The notes below the pieces were generated by a model. The model worked only from the letters and a program-made list of their open reading frames with translations, was not told where the DNA came from and did no database searches. Below, one piece after another: positions 33,252 through 41,733 of a stretch of 64,000 nucleotides of DNA (positions within the stretch are counted from its first letter, which is position 1; each line of letters begins with the position of its first letter). Location: positions 448,001 through 512,000 of the forward strand of contig CBDCYI010000011.1 in NCBI GenBank assembly GCA_965224085.1. The letters are read 5' to 3'. The stretch is from Candidatus Marinacidobacterales bacterium. GTDB lineage: Bacteria > Acidobacteriota > Vicinamibacteria > Marinacidobacterales > SMYC01. The translations under genes were made by a program, and so were the position numbers.

Positions 33252-33692
33252 CTAGTGCTCATGGCCGCCTGATGGATGCTCGTGCGTGATATTCCATTGC
33301 ACACCGCTCGAGTCAACGCCATCGACCACGCCTTCTCCGTTGTGCCAACCGAGGCCGCATCCAGGGCAGACCGCTTCGCCCTCTTGAATGTTATTGAAAC
33401 ACTCGCAGCTGCCCTCGTGCAGAGCACACCAACTGCAGGAAGGCTGCACGCAGCAGTTGTACTCGCCCTTTTCGTTGAGCTCCGTTTTCACCTCTTCGAG
33501 GGTCAACTTCAGCCCGTCGAGCCGTTCCGCCGTCGACAGCAGAACAGCTGGCGGTGGCGACTCAGCAGGCTCACTAACCGCCGGCTCTGGAGACTGAGAC
33601 TGAGACTGAGATTGAGACTGAGATTCACACGCCACAAAGGACGCCCCCAACACGGAAACGAATCCGACCAAGGCAAACTTGTTGATAATCAC
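33252..33692 (-). CDS. Cys-rich putative lipoprotein
   Basis: RBS GGAGG, GTG start, lipobox FVAC, (SQ)5 linker, CC..C..C..C.C..C..C cluster, His-rich end. Confidence 0.65.
   Translation of the reverse strand: MIINKFALVGFVSVLGASFVACESQSQSQSQSQSPEPAVSEPAESPPPAVLLSTAERLDGLKLTLEEVKTELNEKGEYNCCVQPSCSWCALHEGSCECFNNIQEGEAVCPGCGLGWHNGEGVVDGVDSSGVQWNITHEHPSGGHEH
33594..33623. repeat. Hexamer tandem repeat (YTGAGA)x5
   Basis: Encodes SQSQSQSQSQ. Confidence 0.8.
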
Positions 33693-33982
33693 ATTCCACC
33701 TCCCTTCAGGCTCTTCGGCCAAGGCGTACGAAAAGATCGGCCGAACCTCAGCTTTCGAGAGCGAATCCATACACGTCCCGGCGACCCGTTGTCAAATTCC
33801 CCACAGGCTCGCTCCCGCCAGGTACCGTCGCCATCCCGGCGTTGTGCACCGCCTACAGTTCAATATCTATATTTCGTTTAGGAACCATCTCGGTGACATC
33901 TGGGCATGGACGTCGGGACGCACGCGAGCGATTGACTTCGCCGCACGGGTGAGTCGAGTGCGAGCCCCGTTTCGCGCTCGCG

Positions 33983-34279
33983 TCAGTTCGAGCTCGCATT
34001 GTAGCGCAGCTCTTGGCCAACGGCTTTGGCGGGGTCGAAGCCCGGCTTCGGCCGGAACTTCTGCACGCGGCCGCTGAACACTTCGGCAACATACAGGGTG
34101 CCATCTTGGTCGACCGTCAGCGCGTGCGGGCCACCGAACTGGCCAGGGTAGCGTCCCGGGCCGCCCCATCCGTACAGGTAGTTCCCGTCAAGATCGTATT
34201 TGAGGATTCTGCGCGTTGCGCCATCCGACACCCATAAGCTCTGGTCTGCCGTGATCAAGTGGGAGTACGGCCGTGACAC
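33983..34279 (-). pseudogene. NHL-repeat protein C-terminal fragment
   Basis: GQFGGPHALTVDQDGTLYVAEVFSGRVQKF. Confidence 0.65.
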
Positions 34280-34399
34280 GACGGTGCCTAGAGCCTAATC
34301 CGTGGCTGGGCCCTCAGGGCCGGTCGAGAACATGTCGAGGAACTCGTCTTTCTCGTCGAAGATCTGGATACGTCCGTGCCGCGACCGCCGAGGTCGATC

Positions 34400-34887
34400 G
34401 GTATCCCTACGCATGGTTAGATATGGTGCGACCGGGGAACTGTCTCGTCGGACTAGAACCTGAACGGCAGAAAAACATGCACATCCGGCCCGTCATGTCC
34501 TTCAAGACTCGTGTTGTCTACGTCAAGACCCTGCAGGCGGGGGATGCCCTTTCCTATCATCGAACGTACCAGATCAACAAGGAAACTCGCATCGCGACGC
34601 TCCCGTGCGGCTACTCCGACGGCTATCCGCCCACGGTCACCAACATGGCGGACGTCCTCATCCGCGGCCGGCGTCATCGCGTCGTAGCGCCGATTACCGC
34701 GAATCACATGATGGTCGACGTCACCAGCTCTCCGGACGTTGCCATCGGCGATGAAGTCGTTTTGTGGGGACAACAGGGTGAGGAGAGGATTACCAAAGTG
34801 GAGCTGGAACTGCTTGCCCCGCGAGCGACCAACGCCTACCGGATGGCGACGCGCACGCGCACGTACTTGCCGAGGATACCGGTCTAG
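34400..34887 (+). pseudogene. Alanine racemase C-terminal fragment
   Basis: LDMVRPG, PVMSFKT, LPCGYSDGY, IGDEVVLWG. Confidence 0.7.
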
Positions 34888-35114
34888 TCGCAAGCGACAA
34901 AAGTCTCTTCCGGATGAGGTTTTGCTGGACCTCGCCCATCGCCACGACCGCGTACCGCGTCCGGACGGAGCTCGTCTCACCGAAGCGAAGCGGTGCGCCT
35001 CGAAAAACTTGTGCAGCGGAGGGAGGTTACGCCTCCAACGATCGTCTTAAATAGACGATGGCGGCGTTCAGGAGCTCGTTTCCCGTCACTCGTTCTCGTT
35101 TGCGCTCAAATGGC

Positions 35115-35137
35115 AATGCTGTATATAATACAGCATT
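35115..35137. promoter_or_regulatory. Operator inverted repeat overlapping the -10 of the mazEF-like operon
   Basis: AATGCTGTAT-ATA-ATACAGCATT containing TATAAT. Confidence 0.65.
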
Positions 35138-35153
35138 CAGGGAGCGCATCCAA

Positions 35154-35381
35154 ATGCCCGTGCGTTTAAACATTACGATGGATGCAGACTTGTACAAGCA
35201 ACTCAAGAGACGGCTTCCACCCAAGAAGATAAGCGCGTTCATCAACGATGCTGTTCGCGCACACCTTTATCCCGACACGCGAGCGCTCGACGCGGCGTAC
35301 AAAGCGGCAAGCGCCGAGCCCTGGCGGCGCCAATTTGCCGAGGAGTGGGAGATGACTGACGTCGAAGATTGGCCAGAGTGA
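35154..35381 (+). CDS. Antitoxin of PemK/MazF pair
   Basis: MPVRLNITMD RHH-like N-terminus, acidic C-terminus; overlaps toxin. Confidence 0.7.
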   Translation: MPVRLNITMDADLYKQLKRRLPPKKISAFINDAVRAHLYPDTRALDAAYKAASAEPWRRQFAEEWEMTDVEDWPE

Positions 35382-35716
35382 AGGCCGTACCGCGCCGCGG
35401 TGATGTGTACTGGGTGGCCCTTGACCCTACCCTAGGTACCGAAATTCAGAAGACGCGACCTGCTGTTGTGGTATCCAACGATTCGTGTAATGCGTACGGA
35501 TTCCGGGTGGTCGTATTGCCGGTGACAGGCAACGTTGACACAATCTACCCTGGCGAGGCCCTGGTCAAGATCCGCGGGAAACCCGCTCGCGCCCTCGGTG
35601 ACCAGGTCAGGTCCGTGGACAAGAAACGGCTCAGGACCCGCATCGGTAGACTAAACCAGACACAACTGCACGACATCGACAAGGCGTTGCGCATCACGCT
35701 GAGCCTCGCGCCGTAA
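35369..35716 (+). CDS. mazF: PemK/MazF toxin
   Basis: RRGDVYWVALDPTLGTEIQKTRPAVVVSND, DQVRSVDKKRL. Confidence 0.9.
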   Translation: MARVKAVPRRGDVYWVALDPTLGTEIQKTRPAVVVSNDSCNAYGFRVVVLPVTGNVDTIYPGEALVKIRGKPARALGDQVRSVDKKRLRTRIGRLNQTQLHDIDKALRITLSLAP

Positions 35717-35803
35717 CGATTGGCCGAGCGTTCTGTTGAGGGGGGTCGCTCGATTCGGTTGGAATGTCAAGTGACGTCAGTACTTTGCCTCCGAGCTGAC
35801 AAC

Positions 35804-35873
35804 TGGCACCGGGACAAGGAATCGAACCCTGCTGCTTGGGCTTTGGAGACCCTGCCGTCCCAGAACTCCCGGC
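35804..35873 (-). tRNA. tRNA-Trp(CCA), atypical short D-arm
   Basis: Acceptor GCCGGGA/TCCCGGT, loop CTCCAAA, T-arm CAGGG-TTCGATT-CCTTG, G73 + CCA; 70 nt. Confidence 0.7.
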
Positions 35874-35886
35874 ACGTAATATGTCA

Positions 35887-35956
35887 TGGAGGCCTCAGAC
35901 ACCGAACTACTCCCTGACGATTGGCTACGCCCGGGAGGATTCGAACCTCCATCGCG
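35887..35956 (-). pseudogene. Fused tRNA fragments (Arg-like 3' half; Pro-like 5' end joined to Cys-like 3' end)
   Basis: GGAGG-TTCGAAT-CCTCC-CGGGCGT..CCA (35922-35956); CAGGGAGTAGTTCGG joined to TGAGGCCTCCA. Confidence 0.5.
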
Positions 35957-35957
35957 C

Positions 35958-36034
35958 TGGTAGCTCCGGGGAGATTCGAACTCCCACTGGACGGAATCTC
36001 GGTCCGTTGCCTCTGCCAGTTGGGCTACGGAGCT
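35958..36034 (-). tRNA. tRNA-Leu(GAG) with short variable loop and C33
   Basis: AGCTCCG/CGGAGCT, A73, CCA; anticodon arm ACGGA-CCGAGAT-TCCGT; 5-nt variable region. Confidence 0.75.
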
Positions 36035-36044
36035 ACGTACTACT

Positions 36045-36120
36045 TGGAGCGACCGGCGGGAATCGAACCCGCACCCTAAGCTTGGAAGGCTCACATGCTG
36101 CCGTTGAACACCACGGTCGC
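36045..36120 (-). tRNA. tRNA-Gly(TCC)
   Basis: GCGACCG/CGGTCGC, U73, CCA; TGAGC-CTTCCAA-GCTTA; complete cloverleaf. Confidence 0.9.
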
Positions 36121-36182
36121 TCGATTTGGTGCTCCGGGTTATCGAGGTCTTTAATGAGAATGACGAGTTGGTAAAGGGGATG

Positions 36183-38075
36183 GTCGAGTAGCTCAGCCAT
36201 TCGGCTTTCGCCCTCACAGATCCGAGCGTGCGGCTTTCCCGCACTCGGCTCCTCCTGAAGGTATACCCGAAATCAGACAAGGCAAGGTAGTCGGGACGGA
36301 GTGAGGTGAGGGACTGGTAGGGGAAAGCGCTCCAACAACAAGTGAAAACGAGGCCAGGTCATTCGGCGCTGACTCCGCCGACGAAGGCTTCGAAACCACA
36401 ACCGTGTCACCTCCTCAGAAAAGGATTGGAGAGAGCGGATGTTGCTGGGAAGTCCGTAGTACGCGTAGTGACCGCGCAGCACCTGGCAAAGCCAGCGATG
36501 CTGGACGGCGACTGGAGCATGCATACGTTGCTTCGCGCGAAGCCGTAGCGACTTGAGTTTGGCTCGTAGCCGCTGGCTCTGCGTTTTGCGCTTCACGACG
36601 AAACGGCCATCGCGGGTTCTCCCACAATAATGAGTGAAACCCAGGAAAGCGAACGTCGCACACCGCCGAAGGCCCCGTTGCTCGCGTGACAAGGAAGGTA
36701 ATCTCCCGAACTCGAGCAAACGGGTCTTGTTCTCGTGGAGCGCAAGCCCGAATCGGGCTAGTCGCTCCTTGAGCGCTCTCATCATCCTGCTGGCATCGGT
36801 CCGATGCTGGAAGCCCATGACGAAGTCGTCAGCGTATCGCACGATGGAAATACGGCCTTGTGCTTCGAGCCGGCGCCATCGATGAACCCACAGATCTAGA
36901 ACGTAGTGCAGAAAGACGTTAGCCAAGAGCGGGCTCACACCTGCCCCTTGCGGTGTCCCTTCAGTTGTCTCGCTCCACTCTCCTTTCTCCAGTACGCCGG
37001 CTCGCAACCACTGACGGATGAGTCGAAGGATGCGTTTGTCGGCGACCCGGTGCGAAAGCATCCGCATCAACCACTCGTGGTCCACCGAGTCGAAGAACTT
37101 GCGGATGTCCGCGTCGAGAACCCAGTTCACGCGTTGCGTCATGAGCGCGGTGTGGAGCGCGTGCAACGCTTGGTGCGGGCTCCGTCCGGGCCGAAACCCG
37201 TACGAGAACCCGATGAAATCGACTTCGTAGACGGCGCTCAAAACCTCGGCTACCGCTCCTTGGACAATCTTGTCTTCCAGTGCGGGGATGCCAAGAGGGC
37301 GCTTTCCGCCATCCGACTTAGGAATGTACACGCGCCGCACCGGTAGTGGTCGGTAGCGACCGGCGTGTACCCGCGAGCAAAGATCCTTGATGTTGCTCAC
37401 GAAGTTCTTCTCGTAATCGGCGACAGTCTCTCCGTCGACACCAGCGCTTGCGCTGCGCTTCAACCGACGAAACGCTCGATAGAGCGCTTCGTGATCCACG
37501 TGATGCAGCAACGCAGTGAACCGAGCCTTTCTATCTCGCTTCGCTGCTTCGTTCACCCGCGTGAGATTTGGCGGTAAGGCGACCCGGCGCTGTGTCCGGA
37601 CCTTAGCCCTCTCCCGTGGGTTCCCTCCAGGCCGATCCCTTCCCTCCACCATCTCGTTGCCTTCGATAGCTTCCTCAGTACTATGAATCGGTCCGACTTC
37701 CGGCCTCAGCTCAGCACCGCGCTTCGGTTTTCCCTTGCGCGACGCCCCCATCGGTGACCATTCCGATGGACCCGGCCGGACCTCCTGGGTCCCGAAAGGA
37801 ACTCTTCGTACGTGATGTGGTCCACGACCCCGGCGGAGCGTAACCATCTCGCGATAGCGATGGCCCACATGCTGCCTTCATTGACGGGAATCAACTCGGC
37901 CTTCCGCGATATTCAGCATTTCGAGGCTACATTCACACACCCTGCACGACCCCTGTCTACGCTTCGGACCCCGCGTTGCCACGACGCCCGCAAGACTCGG
38001 TCCCGACCTGTCCGCTACGACTTTTGGTCGGATTGGACTTCCACCCATAGGCTCCTTTCAGTTAGCCCAGCGCAC
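36183..38075 (-). mobile_element. Full-length group II intron (1893 nt; RT resembles bacterial class E)
   Basis: 5' GTGCG at 38075; domain V GAGCCGAGTGCGGGAAAGCCGCACGCTCGGATC; 3' end CTACTCGAC; EBS1 UCCCGU at 37884-37889. Confidence 0.92.
36273..37652 (-). CDS. ltrA: Group II intron reverse transcriptase/maturase, no endonuclease domain (start uncertain)
   Basis: RPLGIP, SYGFRPGRS, DIRKFFD, GTPQG, RYADD, FLGF, X-domain LRGHYAYY. Confidence 0.92.
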   Translation of the reverse strand: MVEGRDRPGGNPRERAKVRTQRRVALPPNLTRVNEAAKRDRKARFTALLHHVDHEALYRAFRRLKRSASAGVDGETVADYEKNFVSNIKDLCSRVHAGRYRPLPVRRVYIPKSDGGKRPLGIPALEDKIVQGAVAEVLSAVYEVDFIGFSYGFRPGRSPHQALHALHTALMTQRVNWVLDADIRKFFDSVDHEWLMRMLSHRVADKRILRLIRQWLRAGVLEKGEWSETTEGTPQGAGVSPLLANVFLHYVLDLWVHRWRRLEAQGRISIVRYADDFVMGFQHRTDASRMMRALKERLARFGLALHENKTRLLEFGRLPSLSREQRGLRRCATFAFLGFTHYCGRTRDGRFVVKRKTQSQRLRAKLKSLRLRAKQRMHAPVAVQHRWLCQVLRGHYAYYGLPSNIRSLQSFSEEVTRLWFRSLRRRSQRRMTWPRFHLLLERFPLPVPHLTPSRLPCLV

Positions 38076-38174
38076 TCCCGCCGGATGTTGAATTTGGGGT
38101 AGCGGCGGCTCCTTGGCCGGCCTAAGAATAGGTCTGCCAAACAACCGTCTCCAGAGGGGGACAAGGAGCCACCA

Positions 38175-39521
38175 ATGCCTAGGAAATCAAAGAAGCCAGT
38201 AAGAAAGCAAACGCACTCGCCTACGGGCAAGGTAGTTGGCCAAGCCGGTCAGATACTGCTACCGATGATAGCTGGGATCGCGGCCACGAAGGCGGATCTG
38301 ACGGAATGGGTGTACGAGCAAGGACTGACAGCTCTGCACCTACTGCTCAGAGAGGACGCCGAGGAGGTCGCGGGGCTCAAGGGCAAGCACGAGAAGGAGC
38401 GAACTCATAACCACTGGGGGAGCACGAACGGAGAGCTGAGCTTCGGTGGTCGTCGCATCCAAGTGTCGCGACCTCGAGTGCGTTCGAAGTCTGGTGAGGA
38501 GGCGTCGCTTCCACACTTCGAAGCCTTCCGCGAAGAAGACCCGGCCGAGGTTTTGAGCGCCGTCTACGAAGTCGATTTCATCGGGTTCTCGTACGGGTTT
38601 CGGCCCGGACGGAGCCCGCACCAAGCGTTGCACGCGCTCCACACCGCGCTCATGACGCAACGCGTGAACTGGGTTCTCGACGCGGACATCCGCAAGTTCT
38701 TCGACTCGGTGGACCACGAGTGGTTGATGCGGATGCTTTCGCACCGGGTCGCCGACAAACGCATCCTTCGACTCATCCGTCAGTGGTTGCGAGCCGGCGT
38801 ACTGGAGAAAGGAGAGTGGAGCGAGACAACTGAAGGGACACCGCAAGGGGCAGGTGTGAGCCCGCTCTTGGCTAACGTCTTTCTGCACTACGTTCTAGAT
38901 CTGTGGGTTCATCGATGGCGCCGGCTCGAAGCACAAGGCCGTATTTCCATCGTGCGATACGCTGACGACTTCGTCATGGGCTTCCAGCATCGGACCGATG
39001 CCAGCAGGATGATGAGAGCGCTCAAGGAGCGACTAGCCCGATTCGGGCTTGCGCTCCACGAGAACAAGACCCGTTTGCTCGAGTTCGGGAGATTACCTTC
39101 CTTGTCACGCGAGCAACGGGGCCTTCGGCGGTGTGCGACGTTCGCTTTCCTGGGTTTCACTCATTATTGTGGGAGAACCCGCGATGGCCGTTTCGTCGTG
39201 AAGCGCAAAACGCAGAGCCAGCGGCTACGAGCCAAACTCAAGTCGCTACGGCTTCGCGCGAATCAACGTATGCATGCTCCAGTCGCCGTCCAGCATCGCT
39301 GGCTTTGCCAGGTGCTGCGCGGTCACTACGCGTACTACGGACTTCCCAGCAACATCCGCTCTCTCCAATCCTTTTCTGAGGAGGTGACACGGTTGTGGTT
39401 TCGAAGCCTTCGTCGGCGGAGTCAGCGCCGAATGACCTGGCCTCGTTTTCACTTGTTGTTGGAGCGCTTTCCCCTACCAGTCCCTCACCTCACTCCGTCC
39501 CGACTACCTTGCCTTGTCTGA
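38175..39521 (+). CDS. In-frame chimera: IS256 transposase N-terminus (about 123 aa) + intron RT from AEVLSAVYE to the end
   Basis: HWGST.GELSFGGRRIQVSRPRVRS..LP..FREEDP is IS256-like; sequence from 38544 is the reverse complement of 36177-37250 apart from one substitution seen. Confidence 0.75.
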   Translation: MPRKSKKPVRKQTHSPTGKVVGQAGQILLPMIAGIAATKADLTEWVYEQGLTALHLLLREDAEEVAGLKGKHEKERTHNHWGSTNGELSFGGRRIQVSRPRVRSKSGEEASLPHFEAFREEDPAEVLSAVYEVDFIGFSYGFRPGRSPHQALHALHTALMTQRVNWVLDADIRKFFDSVDHEWLMRMLSHRVADKRILRLIRQWLRAGVLEKGEWSETTEGTPQGAGVSPLLANVFLHYVLDLWVHRWRRLEAQGRISIVRYADDFVMGFQHRTDASRMMRALKERLARFGLALHENKTRLLEFGRLPSLSREQRGLRRCATFAFLGFTHYCGRTRDGRFVVKRKTQSQRLRAKLKSLRLRANQRMHAPVAVQHRWLCQVLRGHYAYYGLPSNIRSLQSFSEEVTRLWFRSLRRRSQRRMTWPRFHLLLERFPLPVPHLTPSRLPCLV

Positions 39522-39611
39522 TTTCGGGTATACCTTCAGGAGGAGCCGAGTGCGGGAAAGCCGCACGCTCGGATCTGTGAGGGCGAAAGCCGAATGGCTG
39601 AGCTACTCGAC
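38544..39611 (+). mobile_element. 5'-truncated second copy of the group II intron
   Basis: Inverted copy with domains V/VI ending CTACTCGAC at 39611; one visible difference (AAG Lys vs AAT Asn). Confidence 0.9.
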
Positions 39612-39739
39612 CATCCCCCCCCACCTTCCGCACCCGATCAATGCTATTCTCAATTTATCTTTCATCCGCGACTACAGTTGCTAGTGCTAGCCGCCCACAC
39701 TCAGGCTGCGATCCATCGCGGCGCCGTCGAACGCGCTTA

Positions 39740-40772
39740 CGGTGGGGCGAATCACGCGGGAAATCCCTTCAAGTGCCAGCGCCTGCTCGAAGACTCGGTC
39801 GAGAGATTCAGATGCTTTTTCACATCGAACTGCTCGGTCAGCTCGACGACGACGGACAAGTAGTGAGGGTGCAGATCGACTTTCTCGAGAAGACCCGCCT
39901 GTCCGAATAAAGGGTAGACGTTGACGGAATGCTCGATCGTATGGAACCCGTGGTCGGAGACGACGACGAACGTCGTTTTGTTCGCGATCCCTGCGTTCGC
40001 TCGCGCGGCGAATCAGTCCGACGTTGTAGTCCGCTGCGGTAAAGGCGGCCTTCGCGAGATAGTGATCCGGCCCATATTCGTGTTGATAGCGGTCCATCGC
40101 CGGCAAGCGGATCGCGAGCAACTGAGGTTTGTATTTCTCGATGACGTGAACTGCAGCCCGCGTCAAGATTCGATCCGACGTGACCTGTAGCGGAAGGTCG
40201 TCGTACCAATCAAAGAAGAGGTCGATGGGCACTTCGCTCTCGCGAAGCTCCTCGAGAAAGACGGGGTCCGCGGCACGGATGTCCGCTTTCATTTCCCCGG
40301 TGAGCACGAAGGGAATGCTGTGGCCCACGGCCGGATCATCTCGATTCTCCGGCCAGAAGAAGGAGGCGGTGCGGTACCCCTTGCGCTTCGCTGCGTCGAA
40401 AAGGGTGGGCACCTTCACAGACTCGGAGCGTGGTTTGTTCGTGATCTGAAAATACTCTCCGGTCACACGGTTGCGCATGCGGTCGTCGATGACTCCGTGA
40501 ACGCGCGGGGGAACTCCGGTCGGAATCGAAGTATGCGCGGGATGATGCGTGCTGGGAAAAACGGCGTGACTGCTCTTGGCCCACGCGCCGGCTCGCGCGA
40601 CCGCCCTCAGGTTGGGTAGCTCGAGCTCATCGTCTTCCAGGCGGGAGGCTGTGAATCCGTCCAGGGAAATCAAAACGACATACGCATCCTCGGAGGATTG
40701 CGGCGGCTCGGCTTCGCTAGGAATCGAGATGACAAAAGCCAAGGTGGCGAACACTGAAATTGGACGGCGCAT
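39740..40772 (-). pseudogene. Alkaline phosphatase/nucleotide pyrophosphatase family protein, frameshifted and truncated
   Basis: VLISLDG, VFPS.., FFWP, DRYQHEYGP; SDHGF in another frame. Confidence 0.75.
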
Positions 40773-40908
40773 GGCCCCTCCTCGTGCTGGCACGTTCGTA
40801 TCGCATGCGAGACGTGCGTGTCAAGGACTCGGGCGTGGCGCTTGTGTCCGCGCGTGCCCTGTGCGAGCGCGTTCATTCGTACCGCCTACTAGGATAGACT
40901 TCGCGCGT

Positions 40909-41459
40909 TATGAGAAACGCGATAGCTATCGTTTCAGGCGTCGTGCTGATCGCGAGCCTGCTCGTTGGATGCGAGAGCGGCGCCGTGACCAACAACGAGT
41001 CCTCACGTCTTTCCTTTGCGATTTCCTTTCCCGAAGAGCTCAGCCCGGAGGCTCTCGATGGCCGCGTGCTGCTGGTGATCTAGGACCGGCGTCATCGATA
41101 GGGAAGTGGCCGACTACATGCGCGAGAACTACGACCTGCGCTACATTCTCGAGCGAGACTGGGCGAGCTTGGGACCGAAGCTCGTCGGCAAGATCCACAT
41201 CTATGTCGGGGAGATGGACAACTCCTATCTCAACAACGCCGTCTACCTCATGGAAGAGTTTCTCGAGAACACGACGGATCCCTACTACGCGGGCGTGGTG
41301 GACTACGAGCCGCGCGCCGGCCATTGCTGGAACGGCGACCACACGAGACCGAACGGGCTTTCGCACCTCAGATACAACGTGATGTACATTCCGAGAATCC
41401 TGGAGCGCATCCGTGAGTCCGCGCCGCCGGGAGCGGATCTGACCAGCTGGCGGTACTAG
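40909..41459 (+). pseudogene. Secreted esterase-like protein collapsed to N- and C-terminal stubs
   Basis: Signal-like start, LDGRVLL; then YMRENYDL..LGPKLVGKIHIYVGEMD..YLNNAV. Confidence 0.55.
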
Positions 41460-41733
41460 CAGGCTCCTCGGATCTATTTCGTCGTCACTGGCCCGAGATA
41501 ACGGTCGAGCCAGTCCAAAGTCTCCCGGAGGATCTCGTTCCTCGGAAGGGGAAGTCCAGGATCTTGACCAGGCCGTCGTCGGTCACCATCACGTTGTCAG
41601 GCTCAGGTCGCGGTGGACGGAACCCGCAGCGTGGGCCTTGCTGAGCCCGTCGCAGATCTGGGTGGCCAGGGCGACCAGCTTCTCTGCTCCTCTTGTGCTA
41701 CGAGATCAATCGAGCAGTCGCGAGAGCCCGTGC

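Larger units (their letters stand above)
36177..39617 (+). mobile_element. IS256-family element remnant with a group II intron in both terminal repeat tips
   Basis: Removing intron 1 restores GGGATG|TCCCGCCGGATGTTGAA upstream of an IS256-type transposase N-terminus; right end is intron 3' end followed by CATCCC. Confidence 0.7.

Noticed and set aside
35119-35133. LexA SOS box CTGT...ACAG before the mazEF-like pair
   Set aside because: Spacer is 7 nt, not 8, and it lies within a longer IR better explained as the antitoxin operator
36273-39521. RTs as retron, DGR or CRISPR-associated RT
   Set aside because: Clear group II intron RNA (GUGCG start, domains V/VI, EBS1) and maturase X domain; no TR/VR pair, msr-msd or cas genes seen
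36177-39617. 1074-bp inverted repeat as a pure amplification fold-back chimera
   Set aside because: Outer flanks differ right after CATCCCC and one substitution separates the copies; only the 38544 junction remains suspect
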